The notes below the pieces were generated by a model. It saw nothing but the letters and a program-made list of their open reading frames with translations. It ran no database searches and had not been told where the DNA came from. This document shows positions 36,375 through 46,672 of a stretch of 64,000 nucleotides of DNA, in pieces. The translations under genes and the position numbers were made by a program. Location of the stretch: IMG/VR virus record IMGVR_UViG_3300020576_005251, positions 32,001 to 96,000 of that record. One strand, written 5' to 3'. The first letter of the stretch is position 1. Every line of letters starts with the position of its first letter. This DNA comes from a virus. Taxonomy: Duplodnaviria > Caudoviricetes.

Positions 36375-38915
36375 ATGCCGTTCGCCGACCTGCAATCCCC
36401 CCGATCACAAGAGTTCGCCAACGCGCCGTCGCCCGACGACGAGGAGGCCCTGTTCACACAGGGCTTCACCGATCTGGCGTACAAGGCCCTCGCCAAGGGA
36501 GCGCCGACGCTGCGCTCCTCGGTGATCACCTTCCGCGACCTGGAGAAGGATGTCGCGAAGGGCGAAGCCGTGGGCGCGTTCATCGTGCGGCACGGCACCG
36601 AGATCGTGTACGTGCCGGTGGTGCTGGTCGACAACGCGGTGAAGCCGCTCGATGTCTTCTACGCGCGCACGGTCGACCGCTTCTACCCCCTCACCCCGCA
36701 GTGGCTCGATCGCGTGGACCGAGAGACGGTCAACCCGATGGGCCGTGCGATGGACGCGCCGAAGAACGTTCCCACCGATGTCGACCTCCGGTCGATCGTG
36801 ATCCCGCCGACCCTCGGCCGCTTCTCGTACGCAGAGGTCGAGAACACGAAGCTCGCGTTCACGCGCGTGATGCGAGAACTCCGGGAGCCCACCGGATCCT
36901 TCCTCGCCTGCGTGAAGCAGGCCCCCAACCACCTCAAGGTGGCCATGGCCGAGGGGCTCCGTCGCCAGCCCCGGGCCCTCAGCCTGATGGTGGAGCAATA
37001 CGGCGTATCGGCCCTCACCGACGCCCTGAGCCCCTCGCAGGAAAAGCGCGCATCTTCGCAGGAGACGCCCGTTCGGCACGACGTGCGGATGTATTCCGCC
37101 TCGATGCCTGTGCAGGAGATGCAGCGCCAGCTGGGCGCGGGGGAAGCCGCCCACGCGTACAGCCACATCCGCAAGCACGGGTTCTACATCCAGGACACGC
37201 GCAAGAGCCACAACGCCCTCGCGGCGTCAGGGGCGGAGCGGCTCGCGCTGACGACGCCCACTGCGACGGGGCTCTACCGCGTCTACCTGCACGACGGGTC
37301 GTGCAAGGTGGCGGCGGTGATCGTGAACCCGCGTCAGAACTACAAACTCATGCCACGCCTCTACGGCGATACGCGCCGCGAACCCACCGACATCCTGGTG
37401 CTCTTTCAGGACGGTTCGTACGCCCAGCCCAGCGGCATCCTCGCCGAGGCGCTCACGGTCTCCCAAGGAGAGTTCGAGAGCTTCTTCCTCTCACGCGCCC
37501 AGGCGCTGCCGAGCAAGGTCGACGAGTGCGGCGTGCTCGGCCACTTCTTCGCGATGAGCGCCGACTTCACGGAGCCGCAGTACGCGCGAGAGATCCAGCG
37601 CGGAGAGAACACGTCTACGTTCCGTTCGGGGTTCGGCGTGATCTGCCGCGTGACCGGCAAGATCGGCGGCATCAAGGCTCTGCCCCACGGGCTGCTCTAC
37701 GGAGAGGATTCGTTCTGGTGGCCCGTGGGAGAGCAGATCTCTTCCAGCATGTTCCCCACCGATCCGCGCATGATCTCGACCCTGATCGACGCCCAGCTCA
37801 CCAAGGAGGGTGCGGTGCCGATCCGCGTGAAGGTGTCCTCGGATCAGGGGTTCATCGTCGGCCGCGAGGTGCTCTACGGACCCGAAGCCATCGTGAAGGT
37901 GGCATCGGTGTACGGCCTGAACATCGACGACGCCACAGCGGTGCTGGAGACCGTGAAGACCCGCGCCCCGGTCCGCCTGTGGGCCAAGACGGCGGAGCCT
38001 GCGCCCGCCCCTGCGCCGCCTCCCCAGGACCCCAACGCCATGCCGATGGACCCGGCGATGATGGGTCCGCCCATGCCCCCGCCGCCCAGCGGGATGGACC
38101 TCGCCATCACCGAGAAGACTCAGCTGATCCAGCAGCAGATCCTCGCCCTTCAGCAGCAGGCGATGATGCTTCAGGAGGTCCAGATGCGCGCCCAGGGCAT
38201 CGATGGCAGCGGCGGGATGATCGCAGCGCCGCAGGCCGCTCTCGGTGTGATGGGCGCTCCGCCCGCGACGGTGGGTGGGGCTCCGGCGATCGCGCCGATG
38301 GGCAGCATGCCGGGGATGTTGCCGCAGATGGGCCAGCCGCAGATGGGGATGCAGCCGCAGATGGGGATGCAGCCTCAGATGGGCATGGGAATGCAGCCTC
38401 CGATGGGCATGAACCAGCCGCAGCCGGGGATGCCCGGGACGACGCCGGGAATCCCCCAGATGGGTGGCATGGTGGACCCCAACCAGATGGGTGGGGTGAT
38501 GGATCCCAACCAGATGGGCATGCAGGCGCCCCCTCCGCAGCCGGTGATGAGCGAGACGCCCACGGCGGACACGATCGCGAACATGATCGATCCGAAGTTC
38601 CTACAGGACGCGTCACTCCTGGGGGATCCGCGTGTGTTCGACGCCGCCGCCGTGGCCTCGCTGGCGAAGCCGCGTGCGCTCCGGGAGATCTTCCGGAACT
38701 ACGCGCCCACGCTCGATGCCGCCCTCGACAAGCTGGGCCGAACCCTCATCCTCCTCTACACGCAGGCGACGGAACTGCGCGACACGATGGGCGACGAGGC
38801 GTACCAGCGAATCGAGCAGCAGGCGCGTGACACCTTCCGTGTTCTGGGTGATACACTGATCACCTTGGAAGAGCACGGGGCTCACATCCCCGACGGAAAC
38901 AGTCCGACGAGGTAA
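36375..38915 (+). CDS. Large putative head/internal protein with P/M/Q/G low-complexity region
   Basis: 846 aa; EKRAS, VKVAS, AKTAE; PQMGMQ repeats at about 38330-38530. Confidence 0.7.
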   Translation: MPFADLQSPRSQEFANAPSPDDEEALFTQGFTDLAYKALAKGAPTLRSSVITFRDLEKDVAKGEAVGAFIVRHGTEIVYVPVVLVDNAVKPLDVFYARTVDRFYPLTPQWLDRVDRETVNPMGRAMDAPKNVPTDVDLRSIVIPPTLGRFSYAEVENTKLAFTRVMRELREPTGSFLACVKQAPNHLKVAMAEGLRRQPRALSLMVEQYGVSALTDALSPSQEKRASSQETPVRHDVRMYSASMPVQEMQRQLGAGEAAHAYSHIRKHGFYIQDTRKSHNALAASGAERLALTTPTATGLYRVYLHDGSCKVAAVIVNPRQNYKLMPRLYGDTRREPTDILVLFQDGSYAQPSGILAEALTVSQGEFESFFLSRAQALPSKVDECGVLGHFFAMSADFTEPQYAREIQRGENTSTFRSGFGVICRVTGKIGGIKALPHGLLYGEDSFWWPVGEQISSSMFPTDPRMISTLIDAQLTKEGAVPIRVKVSSDQGFIVGREVLYGPEAIVKVASVYGLNIDDATAVLETVKTRAPVRLWAKTAEPAPAPAPPPQDPNAMPMDPAMMGPPMPPPPSGMDLAITEKTQLIQQQILALQQQAMMLQEVQMRAQGIDGSGGMIAAPQAALGVMGAPPATVGGAPAIAPMGSMPGMLPQMGQPQMGMQPQMGMQPQMGMGMQPPMGMNQPQPGMPGTTPGIPQMGGMVDPNQMGGVMDPNQMGMQAPPPQPVMSETPTADTIANMIDPKFLQDASLLGDPRVFDAAAVASLAKPRALREIFRNYAPTLDAALDKLGRTLILLYTQATELRDTMGDEAYQRIEQQARDTFRVLGDTLITLEEHGAHIPDGNSPTR

Positions 38916-38916
38916 C

Positions 38917-39645
38917 ATGTCCACCCTCCAGCCAGACCGATCAGCCCGACGCGCGCGCGCTGCGTCGGTTGGTGGGTCGCCCGACGGGCTCAATGAGCTC
39001 GAAGGTAAGCTCTACGATTGCCTGCGGGGTCTGGAGGGCCTCCCGGTAGACGAAGACGTGTCCGAGGCGTACGCCTTGTCACGCTCCGTCTACCGGCATG
39101 TCTTGAACGCCCTGCTCCTGGTCAAAGCCGACATCCCCACCATCGCCAGTGGGCTCGACATGACCGAGGCGTGCATTACGGCGTATCGGGACCTGTTCTT
39201 CGATGTCCGTGTGTTCCGCAACGCGTTTCAGGTGCGCACGTTCATCTCGAACCTCGTGGACGACGACACCGAGGAGTTCAAGTCCTACAACCTCGCGCTC
39301 GTCGAGGGGGCGGACTCCCTGATCGATCGGTACCGCGTGGGCGAAGCGCCGCCCCCCGACCCGAAGGTCGTGGTGTCGCGAGCGGTGCGTGAGTTCATGT
39401 CGCGGTCACGAGAGCACCGAGGGCAGCGGCTCACAAGCAAGGCCGCTCAAGAGTCCTTGCGGTGCGCGCGAGATGCCGTCAGCGCGAGCAGCCACCTGCA
39501 CAGCATCTCGCCGAGCACCACCCCCGGCCAGCAGGCTGAGCTCCAGTGGCGTCTGGCCCTGGTCCCCAACGACACGACCATCCCTGCCGCCAGCGCTCCG
39601 GTTCTCGTGACAGAGTTGGTGCGCTCCGGCCCCGCCCCGCAGTAG
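38917..39645 (+). CDS. Hypothetical protein
   Basis: 242 aa in the operon, 1-nt gap from the upstream gene. Confidence 0.65.
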   Translation: MSTLQPDRSARRARAASVGGSPDGLNELEGKLYDCLRGLEGLPVDEDVSEAYALSRSVYRHVLNALLLVKADIPTIASGLDMTEACITAYRDLFFDVRVFRNAFQVRTFISNLVDDDTEEFKSYNLALVEGADSLIDRYRVGEAPPPDPKVVVSRAVREFMSRSREHRGQRLTSKAAQESLRCARDAVSASSHLHSISPSTTPGQQAELQWRLALVPNDTTIPAASAPVLVTELVRSGPAPQ

Positions 39646-39654
39646 ACTTACCTC

Positions 39655-40446
39655 GTGAGAACACAGGAAGAGTTTCTGGCTGAGGGGCGCCGCCTCGCGC
39701 AAGCCTACGCGGAAGCCCAAGACATCGGCGGGAACACCCCCGACGCCTTGGTGGAGAAGTGCGCGCGCGAGAAGGGGCTGAACGCCGAGCAGATCCGGCG
39801 TCTGGGCCGCGCGACGAACGTCTCGCTCTTCGCGGTGAAGTACGCCGCCGCTGCGGGGCAGACCGACCGTCGCGTGGAGTTCCCCACGGTCGACCCGGAG
39901 GCGATCATCACCAGCCTCCGTGCGCCCGAGCCCGAAGGCCCTGTGAAGCTCGCGGCGGAAGCGTACCCGAGCTTCGTGAACCCGAACACGCCCGCGATCG
40001 AGAAGGTCGCGGAGGCCGAGGCGCCTCCCCCGCTCTCCGCACGCGAGGTCTGGCGCGAGCGGGACAACCTCTGGCGTCTCCAGCGTGAACTCCCGGCAGA
40101 GGTCGGTGCGATCCAGGAGAAGTGGGCCTCCTGCATCAGCAGCCTCCTCCCCACGTGTCGCCGTGTCGATCACGACCACCTGGAGTTCGAGAAGAACGCC
40201 GTGGCGGTGCTCGGTGAGAACGTGGTGCCGGAGCTCAACGCGGTCCGCGCGCGACTGAAGATGCCGCCGCTGCCTGCGAGCCTGGACAAGTACGCCGCCG
40301 CGCGCGAGTTCCTGGTGGGGGAGGACAACGCCCTCACGGAGCGCCTGAAGACGGCGATGGATCTGAGGCAGCAATACGGCGTACAGTCGGAGCTGCTGAG
40401 CAAGGTTGAGGCCGCGTACGCGGCGTCGAGGGCGGTGGGGCGATGA
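39655..40446 (+). CDS. Putative head protein (K-x-A)
   Basis: EKCAR, GLNAEQIRRL, VKLAA, EKVAE, DKYAA. Confidence 0.65.
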   Translation: MRTQEEFLAEGRRLAQAYAEAQDIGGNTPDALVEKCAREKGLNAEQIRRLGRATNVSLFAVKYAAAAGQTDRRVEFPTVDPEAIITSLRAPEPEGPVKLAAEAYPSFVNPNTPAIEKVAEAEAPPPLSAREVWRERDNLWRLQRELPAEVGAIQEKWASCISSLLPTCRRVDHDHLEFEKNAVAVLGENVVPELNAVRARLKMPPLPASLDKYAAAREFLVGEDNALTERLKTAMDLRQQYGVQSELLSKVEAAYAASRAVGR

Positions 40447-41771
40447 ACGCGCTGTACCAGATGATGCTGAAGGAAGCCCAGGGCACGCTGCACGTGAACG
40501 TGGCTCCGCGGATGCCCCCGCGAGTTCAGCGCAATCCTGCGTCGCCTCCGGCTGCACAACCCACCCAACGTGCGGCAACACCCCAGGCGGCGCAGGTCGC
40601 TCAGGCCCCGCAGCGGGCCGCGACGCCTCCGGCTGCACAGGCGTCGCGGCCTCCAGCTGCTCCGCCCGTGATCCCCAAGGGCACACACCAGAAGAACCCG
40701 CAGGCGCCGCAGCCGCCGCCCGCCCCCGCGAAGGCGCGGGCCGATCGCTACACGATGGGTCCTGCCAAGTCGGATGCGTACACGCTCGGCCCTGCTCCTG
40801 CTCAGGCTGCTCCTGCTCAGGCTCAGGCTACTCCTGCTCAGGCTGCTCCTGCTCAGGCTGCTCCTGCTCAGGCTGCTCCTGCTCAGGCTGCTCCTGCTCA
40901 GGCTACTCCTGCTCAGGCTGCTCCTGCTCAGGCTGCTCCTGCTCAGGCTGCTCCTGCTCAGGCTGCTCCTGCTCAGGCTGCTCCTGCTCAGGCTGCTCCT
41001 GCCGCTGAGGCCCCCGCACGTCACCCCCTTTCGTTCGTCGATGGGGCCATGACGCAGGTTAGACAAGTACGCGCGAACGCACACACGCACTTCACGCCGG
41101 AGAACCTCCAGACGCTCCGGGACACCCGCGCCACCGTGGGGAAGTGGGGGCGACGGGCTGGGACCGTTGGTGCAATCGGAGCCGGGCTCGCCGTGGGCAA
41201 GCGCGTTCTCGACGATGGCACTGGAGCCGAACAAGATGCGCGCATGCGTGACTACCTCGCTTCGACGCAGCACCAGATGACCGGCGCGCTACCGGGCATG
41301 CAGGTCTACGGCAGCTACGAGGCGTTCGGGGCGGCGAAGCTGGCGGAGATCGATGCGATGGAGAAGCGGGCGGAGCCCTCGTACCCCTACCCGTACGCAC
41401 AGTCCGCGCACGCTGCGATGTCTGCGGAGTTCGGCAAGGCCCTGGCCCAGAAGCTCGTGTCGGAACCGATCGACATCGCGCACCGCTTCCTCAAGAAGAG
41501 GCTCGTCGACGACCCGAAGGCGGACGCCGTCTTCCAGACGGTGATCAACGAAGATCCGATGCTCCGCGAGGCGTACGCGCAGAACCCTGTGACGTTGCAG
41601 CGCAGCTTCGCGACCATTCGCAAGATGAGCCCCTCAATCGCCACGCTCCACGGGCCTGTGCAGAGCTTTCTGCGCCACGCAACCATCACGGGGGGTCCGC
41701 TGGACCTCGCGGCTGTGCGCCAACTGGCTGAGACGCAGCGCTTCCACCAGAGCGCAAAGAACGGAGTCTGA
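40443..41771 (+). CDS. Putative internal virion protein with AQAAP repeat
   Basis: LKEAQ, AKLAE, EKRAE; Pro/Ala/Gln-rich N-terminal half. Confidence 0.65.
   Translation: MNALYQMMLKEAQGTLHVNVAPRMPPRVQRNPASPPAAQPTQRAATPQAAQVAQAPQRAATPPAAQASRPPAAPPVIPKGTHQKNPQAPQPPPAPAKARADRYTMGPAKSDAYTLGPAPAQAAPAQAQATPAQAAPAQAAPAQAAPAQAAPAQATPAQAAPAQAAPAQAAPAQAAPAQAAPAQAAPAAEAPARHPLSFVDGAMTQVRQVRANAHTHFTPENLQTLRDTRATVGKWGRRAGTVGAIGAGLAVGKRVLDDGTGAEQDARMRDYLASTQHQMTGALPGMQVYGSYEAFGAAKLAEIDAMEKRAEPSYPYPYAQSAHAAMSAEFGKALAQKLVSEPIDIAHRFLKKRLVDDPKADAVFQTVINEDPMLREAYAQNPVTLQRSFATIRKMSPSIATLHGPVQSFLRHATITGGPLDLAAVRQLAETQRFHQSAKNGV
40791..41002 (+). repeat. 15-bp coding tandem repeat (GCTCAGGCTGCTCCT, about 13 copies) encoding AQAAP
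   Basis: Directly visible near-perfect array with two ACT variants. Confidence 0.95.
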
Positions 41772-41773
41772 AG

Positions 41774-42013
41774 ATGCTGAGTGATCGTCTGCGTCGGGCC
41801 CTTCAGGAGCATGGGTCTGAACGAATCATCTACGCGGCGGACAAGCTGGCAGGCATCGAGGGCGTGAACCCCGACGACTACCAGGGTCCGCTGAACACGA
41901 TGCTCGCGAAGGCCGCTTCGGACATGAGCCGTCGTCTGGTCGCGAACCAGATCAACAACGAGAACCGCATGGGGGGCCTCGTGTCCCTCTGCTACTACAA
42001 GACGCTGCGATGA
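41774..42013 (+). CDS. Small hypothetical protein (K-x-A)
   Basis: 79 aa; DKLAG, AKAAS. Confidence 0.6.
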   Translation: MLSDRLRRALQEHGSERIIYAADKLAGIEGVNPDDYQGPLNTMLAKAASDMSRRLVANQINNENRMGGLVSLCYYKTLR

Positions 42014-42981
42014 ACCTCGAACCCATCCTCGACTGCGTGCTCACGAAGTGGGCTTCGGATCCGAGCGGCATCAACTCAGACGTGCGTGAGGGGCTCTGCG
42101 CGTCGCTCGTCGGCGCCACCCTGGTGGACGGAGCCATCTCGAAGATGGCCTCTCTCGGCCAGATTACGGCGGACGAAGCCAACTACCTCGTGCAGCTTCA
42201 CACCGAATCGGTGCGTGGTGAGATCGGCGCGCTGACCAAGAGTGCGGGAGTCCCCGAGTGGCTGGGCAACGCGTTGACCGCGCCGCTCCGCCACCCCACG
42301 GCAACGGGTGCCGTGGCTGGCGCCATCGGTGGCGGCGCGCTTGGTGCGTGGAAGGACGATGAGAACCCGCTGCGTGGCGCGGCGCTCTACGCCCTGCCTG
42401 GAGCGGCCCTGGGCGCGGTGAGCGGCAACGTGGCGGGTGATCTCGCCAAGGAGTGGCTCCACCACCGCGCCATGAAGGACATGTCCGGTGTCGAAGAGGC
42501 GAGGAAGCTCGTGCCGGATGCGATCGAGCTGGCGCGGGCCCGTCTGCGTGCGAACAAGGCGCGGCGGGAGCTCGGCGCTTTCCACGAACAGCACACCGCA
42601 CAGCGTGCGGGAATGCGGCAGTTTGCGGAGAGTGTCGAGGGGCGCGAGGCCGCGAGAGCGGCTGCGGCGGCGAACGAGTTCAAACGAGACAGCGGCATCG
42701 CAGAGGCGATGAACGCGCGTTTGCAGGATGCCAAGCGGTGGCACTCCTCTCTCGCGGACACCGCACAGATGGCGATGACACATCACAGCGATCCGAAGAT
42801 GCGCGACTTCGCTCAGCGGTACTACGACACACTCGTGGCTCGTAAGGATCAGGTCATTCAGCAAGCGTTCGATCGTCCTGGGCTTCACCTTCAAGACATC
42901 CTGAACGATCACTTCAACGAGCTCCCGCTCTTGAACGACTTCCACCGCATGGCCACCACCTACCACCGTAGCGGGGGCTGA
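42010..42981 (+). CDS. Putative internal virion protein with Gly-zipper segments
   Basis: TKWAS, SKMAS, TKSAG, then GAVAGAIGGGALG and GAALGAVSG. Confidence 0.62.
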   Translation: MNLEPILDCVLTKWASDPSGINSDVREGLCASLVGATLVDGAISKMASLGQITADEANYLVQLHTESVRGEIGALTKSAGVPEWLGNALTAPLRHPTATGAVAGAIGGGALGAWKDDENPLRGAALYALPGAALGAVSGNVAGDLAKEWLHHRAMKDMSGVEEARKLVPDAIELARARLRANKARRELGAFHEQHTAQRAGMRQFAESVEGREAARAAAAANEFKRDSGIAEAMNARLQDAKRWHSSLADTAQMAMTHHSDPKMRDFAQRYYDTLVARKDQVIQQAFDRPGLHLQDILNDHFNELPLLNDFHRMATTYHRSGG

Positions 42982-42983
42982 CC

Positions 42984-44693
42984 GTGTACAAGCGCATCGA
43001 GTTCGACCCGTACTTCCCGAAGACCGGCGAGGCGACCATTCAGCTCGCTGCGTTCCCCAACCGGCGTGGCGGGATGTCGATCGAGAAGCGGGCGTTCGCT
43101 CAGAGCGAGAGCCCCCTGTACGGCGTATTGGACACGATTCGCCCTGAAGTCGGTGTGACCTACCTGCTGGTGAACGCTCTCAGCGCGTGGGAGTACTACG
43201 ACGACAACAAGAACGGGGACGGCTTCAACGAGCGTCCGTACCGCGTCGGGGTGCGCGCATCGTGCGGGCACCCGGACTGCACGAAGACACTCGATGGGTG
43301 GATCGCGGAGCACGAGCTCGTCACGAAGCACTACCACACCTTCGAGGAGCACGGCGGGATCTACGTCCACCACAAGAACCAGGACAAGTCCAAGTCGCGG
43401 GGCAAGGTCGTCAAGTCGATCTGGAACCCGAAGATGCACCGTAACGAGCTGCTGCTCCGGTACGTCAATGACCGGGGTGTAGAGATCGTCGATCGCGTGG
43501 CGTCGGGCGACTTCCCGGCTGTGTCAATGGGCACGCATGTGAAGTGGGATGTCTGCACGATCTGCGGACACCGAGCAGCCACGCGCGCGCAGTACTGCGA
43601 TCACGCGCGCAACCACCTGCGCAAGATCCTGGGGGACGGGAGGAAGGTTTCAGTCCTGAACCCATCCCCTCGGTTCTTCGACATCTCCATGGTCATCAAG
43701 CCCGCCGACCCCACCGGCTGGACCTTGATGAAGGTAGCAGAGGACCTCGCGTACGCCGTATCGAGCGCCGAGCTCGGCGAGCAGTGGCAGCAGGCCCAGC
43801 GTGTCTCGGAGACCTTCCACAAGGTCGCTGAGGAGATCGGGTCTGCCTGGGCAAACCCCACGAGCTTCATCGGCCACTTCGCGCGGCAGGCCCATTCAGC
43901 AGGGGTTGAGCCCTTCCCCGCCCAGGGCACGATCTACCGCTTCGCGGCAGAGAAGCTCGGGCTGGACCTCAGCGAGCAGCACATCGATCGGCTGGTGTTG
44001 GCGACGCCTGCGCTGACTGCGATCCTCGGCACCTACCCCGAGGAGATCCAGAAGGTGGCGAGCGAGATCCATCACGTCATGCGCCAGCAGGCGTACGAGC
44101 CGAGCGCCGACTTCCCCGACTTCGGCATCGGACCGGGCGCGGCCTACAGGGCGGCGGAGCCCCCGCGCACGGACATGCTGACTGTGACCGACCCGTACAC
44201 GGGTCACGTCTACCAGACCACGCGCGGCACCGCGATGGACGCGTCGCGGGCGGACGTGAAGGACCGGCTCCTTCGTACAGGACTCTTTGGAGGCTTGTAC
44301 GCGGCGGGCCTGCACTTGGGTCTGAAGGGTGGTCTCGGTCTCTGGAGTGTGCCTGCGGGGCTCGCGCTCGGCGCCAGCACCGACCGCTTCCTGCGTCGGT
44401 CTTCTCCGCCCTACCGGAACCCGCTCTACCAGACCGACCAGGGCATCCCCGTCTCGGGCGGCACCGAGTTCAAGCAGGCGTCGGCCTGGGCCGCGAAGCT
44501 CGCGGAAGACCTCCACGAGCGCTCGGGCGACGGGCGGATCGAGTCGATCCTGCGTCGCACATCCTTCACGTTTCAGAAGTGGGCTTCGCTCCCCGTGTCC
44601 GAGCAGGTAGACTACCTGCTGTCCAATGAGGGCAGCGCCCCTCTGAACGCCTCCACGCTCGCAGACAACCTGTACCGGCTCCTCACGAGCTGA
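42984..44693 (+). CDS. Prohead (capsid maturation) serine protease
   Basis: NKNGDGF, YVHH, AVSMG (candidate catalytic Ser), CTICG...YCDH, FFDISMV; located upstream of the capsid genes. Confidence 0.72.
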   Translation: MYKRIEFDPYFPKTGEATIQLAAFPNRRGGMSIEKRAFAQSESPLYGVLDTIRPEVGVTYLLVNALSAWEYYDDNKNGDGFNERPYRVGVRASCGHPDCTKTLDGWIAEHELVTKHYHTFEEHGGIYVHHKNQDKSKSRGKVVKSIWNPKMHRNELLLRYVNDRGVEIVDRVASGDFPAVSMGTHVKWDVCTICGHRAATRAQYCDHARNHLRKILGDGRKVSVLNPSPRFFDISMVIKPADPTGWTLMKVAEDLAYAVSSAELGEQWQQAQRVSETFHKVAEEIGSAWANPTSFIGHFARQAHSAGVEPFPAQGTIYRFAAEKLGLDLSEQHIDRLVLATPALTAILGTYPEEIQKVASEIHHVMRQQAYEPSADFPDFGIGPGAAYRAAEPPRTDMLTVTDPYTGHVYQTTRGTAMDASRADVKDRLLRTGLFGGLYAAGLHLGLKGGLGLWSVPAGLALGASTDRFLRRSSPPYRNPLYQTDQGIPVSGGTEFKQASAWAAKLAEDLHERSGDGRIESILRRTSFTFQKWASLPVSEQVDYLLSNEGSAPLNASTLADNLYRLLTS

Positions 44694-44711
44694 CTACCCT
44701 TCGGAGAGACC

Positions 44712-45155
44712 ATGCGAATCAACGAACTGTTCGGCCAGACCGCCCCCGCGACCCCCAGCGCCGCGCCCGCGACGACGAAGGTGGCCTCGGACAACACCAA
44801 CGCCGCGATCAAGGCCGCTGTCGCGGAGGCCCTCGCGTCAAACGAGAAGACGGCCTCCGAGGGCTCCGCGCCTGAGGTCACGCTGCTCAAGCTCGCCCAG
44901 GACCTCGCCGCCCGCGAGAAGCTGGCGGACGTGAACCACGGCTACCGCGTGGGTGAGGCGATGTCGCGCGGCTTCCTCGACGGGATCGCCCGCGCCGAGA
45001 AGATCGCGGCGGCGCAGGAGGAGGGCGCCGCCAAGCTCGCCGCCGAGCAGGACGCCGCGTACCAGCGTGGCAGCGCCGAGGTGCTCAACGCCGCCCGCGA
45101 GCGTGGGGCGGAGCACTACCTCGTGGGCTACTCGATGTTCGAGGGCATGGTCTGA
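44712..45155 (+). CDS. Putative scaffold-like protein rich in K-x-A
   Basis: TKVAS, EKTAS, LKLAQ, EKLAD, EKIAA, AKLAA within 147 aa. Confidence 0.62.
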   Translation: MRINELFGQTAPATPSAAPATTKVASDNTNAAIKAAVAEALASNEKTASEGSAPEVTLLKLAQDLAAREKLADVNHGYRVGEAMSRGFLDGIARAEKIAAAQEEGAAKLAAEQDAAYQRGSAEVLNAARERGAEHYLVGYSMFEGMV

Positions 45156-45340
45156 TGCTCCTGCCCCAGCAAGCGCGCGGCCTGATCAACCTCTACGTCG
45201 CGCTGCGAAAAGAGGCGTACGAGCAGGTGGCCCCGCAGGTAGGCGACTACTTCGCGCGCTGCCGGGCCAAGGTCGCGTCCGCCTCGGACGCTACAACGGA
45301 CCTCCCCTACTCGATCGCCGCGCACCTGAGGACGCCATGA
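45155..45340 (+). CDS. Small hypothetical protein
   Basis: Coupled at both ends; AKVAS. Confidence 0.55.
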   Translation: MLLPQQARGLINLYVALRKEAYEQVAPQVGDYFARCRAKVASASDATTDLPYSIAAHLRTP

Positions 45341-45717
45341 GCTCACTCCTCCGAACCCTCGCCCGAATCAACGGCGCCCCGCAGGCGAAGGTCGCGCACG
45401 CCGCACCTGCGCCCGCTGCGGCTCCATCCGACGGCCTCCCCCAGCTGATCAAGCAGGCGTCAGAGCTTCTCCGCAACGCGCCCCCTGTGGACGTTCGCAA
45501 CGAGGACCTGTACGCCGTATTGAAGGTCGCGGAGGCGCCTGTCGAGCTTCCGGCGCCTCCGTCCGGCGACACTGGACCGGACCAGCTCCGCAAGCTGGCG
45601 CACGCGCTCCGCGTCGTGGAACTCCAGCGCCAGGAGCTGCGCATGGAGAAGGCCGCGCACATGCTGCTGGCTACGCGCAGCCTTACCCTACTGGACGAGC
45701 AGACGAGGAGCCGATGA
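45337..45717 (+). CDS. Putative scaffold-like protein (K-x-A)
   Basis: ATGA overlap at 45337; AKVAH, IKQAS, LKVAE, RKLAH, EKAAH. Confidence 0.6.
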   Translation: MSSLLRTLARINGAPQAKVAHAAPAPAAAPSDGLPQLIKQASELLRNAPPVDVRNEDLYAVLKVAEAPVELPAPPSGDTGPDQLRKLAHALRVVELQRQELRMEKAAHMLLATRSLTLLDEQTRSR

Positions 45718-46064
45718 ACCTCACGAAGATCGCCGCAGCCCTGGACCTGATCGCAGACCATTGGCCCCCTTCCACCCCGAGCGTCGAGGCACCTGCCGAC
45801 GACGTACAGCTCGCGCTCCAGAGCAGCCTGGGCGAGCGCTACACCCCGGACCTCGGGGAGAAGATCGCGGCCGACCCGGACCTGAAGGACCTCATCCTCA
45901 GCAAGGTCGCCGCTGCGGAGCCCCAGACTCCGCGCCCCTTCGGCGTGCCCGTCGAGCGCCCCGACGTGCGATCCGTGCCGCAGGGGAAGGCCGCTTCCGT
46001 GGCCGATGCGCTCTCGCAGTGGGGTGATGATCTCTTCGAGCTCTCGGCAACAACCCGTCGCTGA
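45714..46064 (+). CDS. Putative scaffold-like protein (K-x-A)
   Basis: TKIAA, EKIAA, SKVAA, GKAAS. Confidence 0.6.
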   Translation: MNLTKIAAALDLIADHWPPSTPSVEAPADDVQLALQSSLGERYTPDLGEKIAADPDLKDLILSKVAAAEPQTPRPFGVPVERPDVRSVPQGKAASVADALSQWGDDLFELSATTRR

Positions 46065-46091
46065 CTACTGTTTTCTCAAGGAGCCCTGACC

Positions 46092-46616
46092 ATGCAGTTT
46101 CGCGCCCGCTACAAGACCCGCACCGAGACCCCGAAGGACGCGCTGTACGCGTGTCTGGGTCTCTCCGCCCAGCTGACCCAGGAAGCCGCCAACGGGATGG
46201 AAGCGGGCACCGGCCCCGGCACCCCCGACGCCTACGGTTTTCCGACGCTGGGCACCATCGAGCCCGGCCATCTCGTCGAGATGGACACCTCCGGCAACTG
46301 GATCCTCGCGACCTCGCCGAAGGTCACGGGCTCCAGCAACGCCCTGCCGAAGGCGATCTTCTTCGTGCACCAGGGCACCAGCGAGGACCAGGGCGCGATC
46401 GTCGGCAAGCCCGTGGCCCTTCGCGGCGCGGCCCGCTTCGTCACGCCCAAGGTGAACGGCAGCTCCTTCACGATCGGAGCGCCCCTCATCGCGGTGAACG
46501 GGAACTACCAGATCAAGGTCCTCGACGACGGCCTCCAGGTCGTCGGCTTCGTGGGCCCGACCGGCTTCAACGACGGCCTCCTCGACGTGCTCAGCGAGGC
46601 GGCGACCTGGGGCTGA
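46092..46616 (+). CDS. Probable capsid decoration protein
   Basis: 174 aa Gly/beta-rich protein directly upstream of the capsid gene; AGGAG RBS. Confidence 0.55.
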   Translation: MQFRARYKTRTETPKDALYACLGLSAQLTQEAANGMEAGTGPGTPDAYGFPTLGTIEPGHLVEMDTSGNWILATSPKVTGSSNALPKAIFFVHQGTSEDQGAIVGKPVALRGAARFVTPKVNGSSFTIGAPLIAVNGNYQIKVLDDGLQVVGFVGPTGFNDGLLDVLSEAATWG

Positions 46617-46672
46617 GACCCCGCAACCCCAAGAGCTGACCCAGAGCAAGAACAAGGAACAGGAGACCCAAG

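Noticed and set aside
40170-41273. SRSSL, CSGCS and LLLLR repeat proteins in other frames
   Set aside because: Alternate-frame readings of the 15-bp AQAAP repeat.
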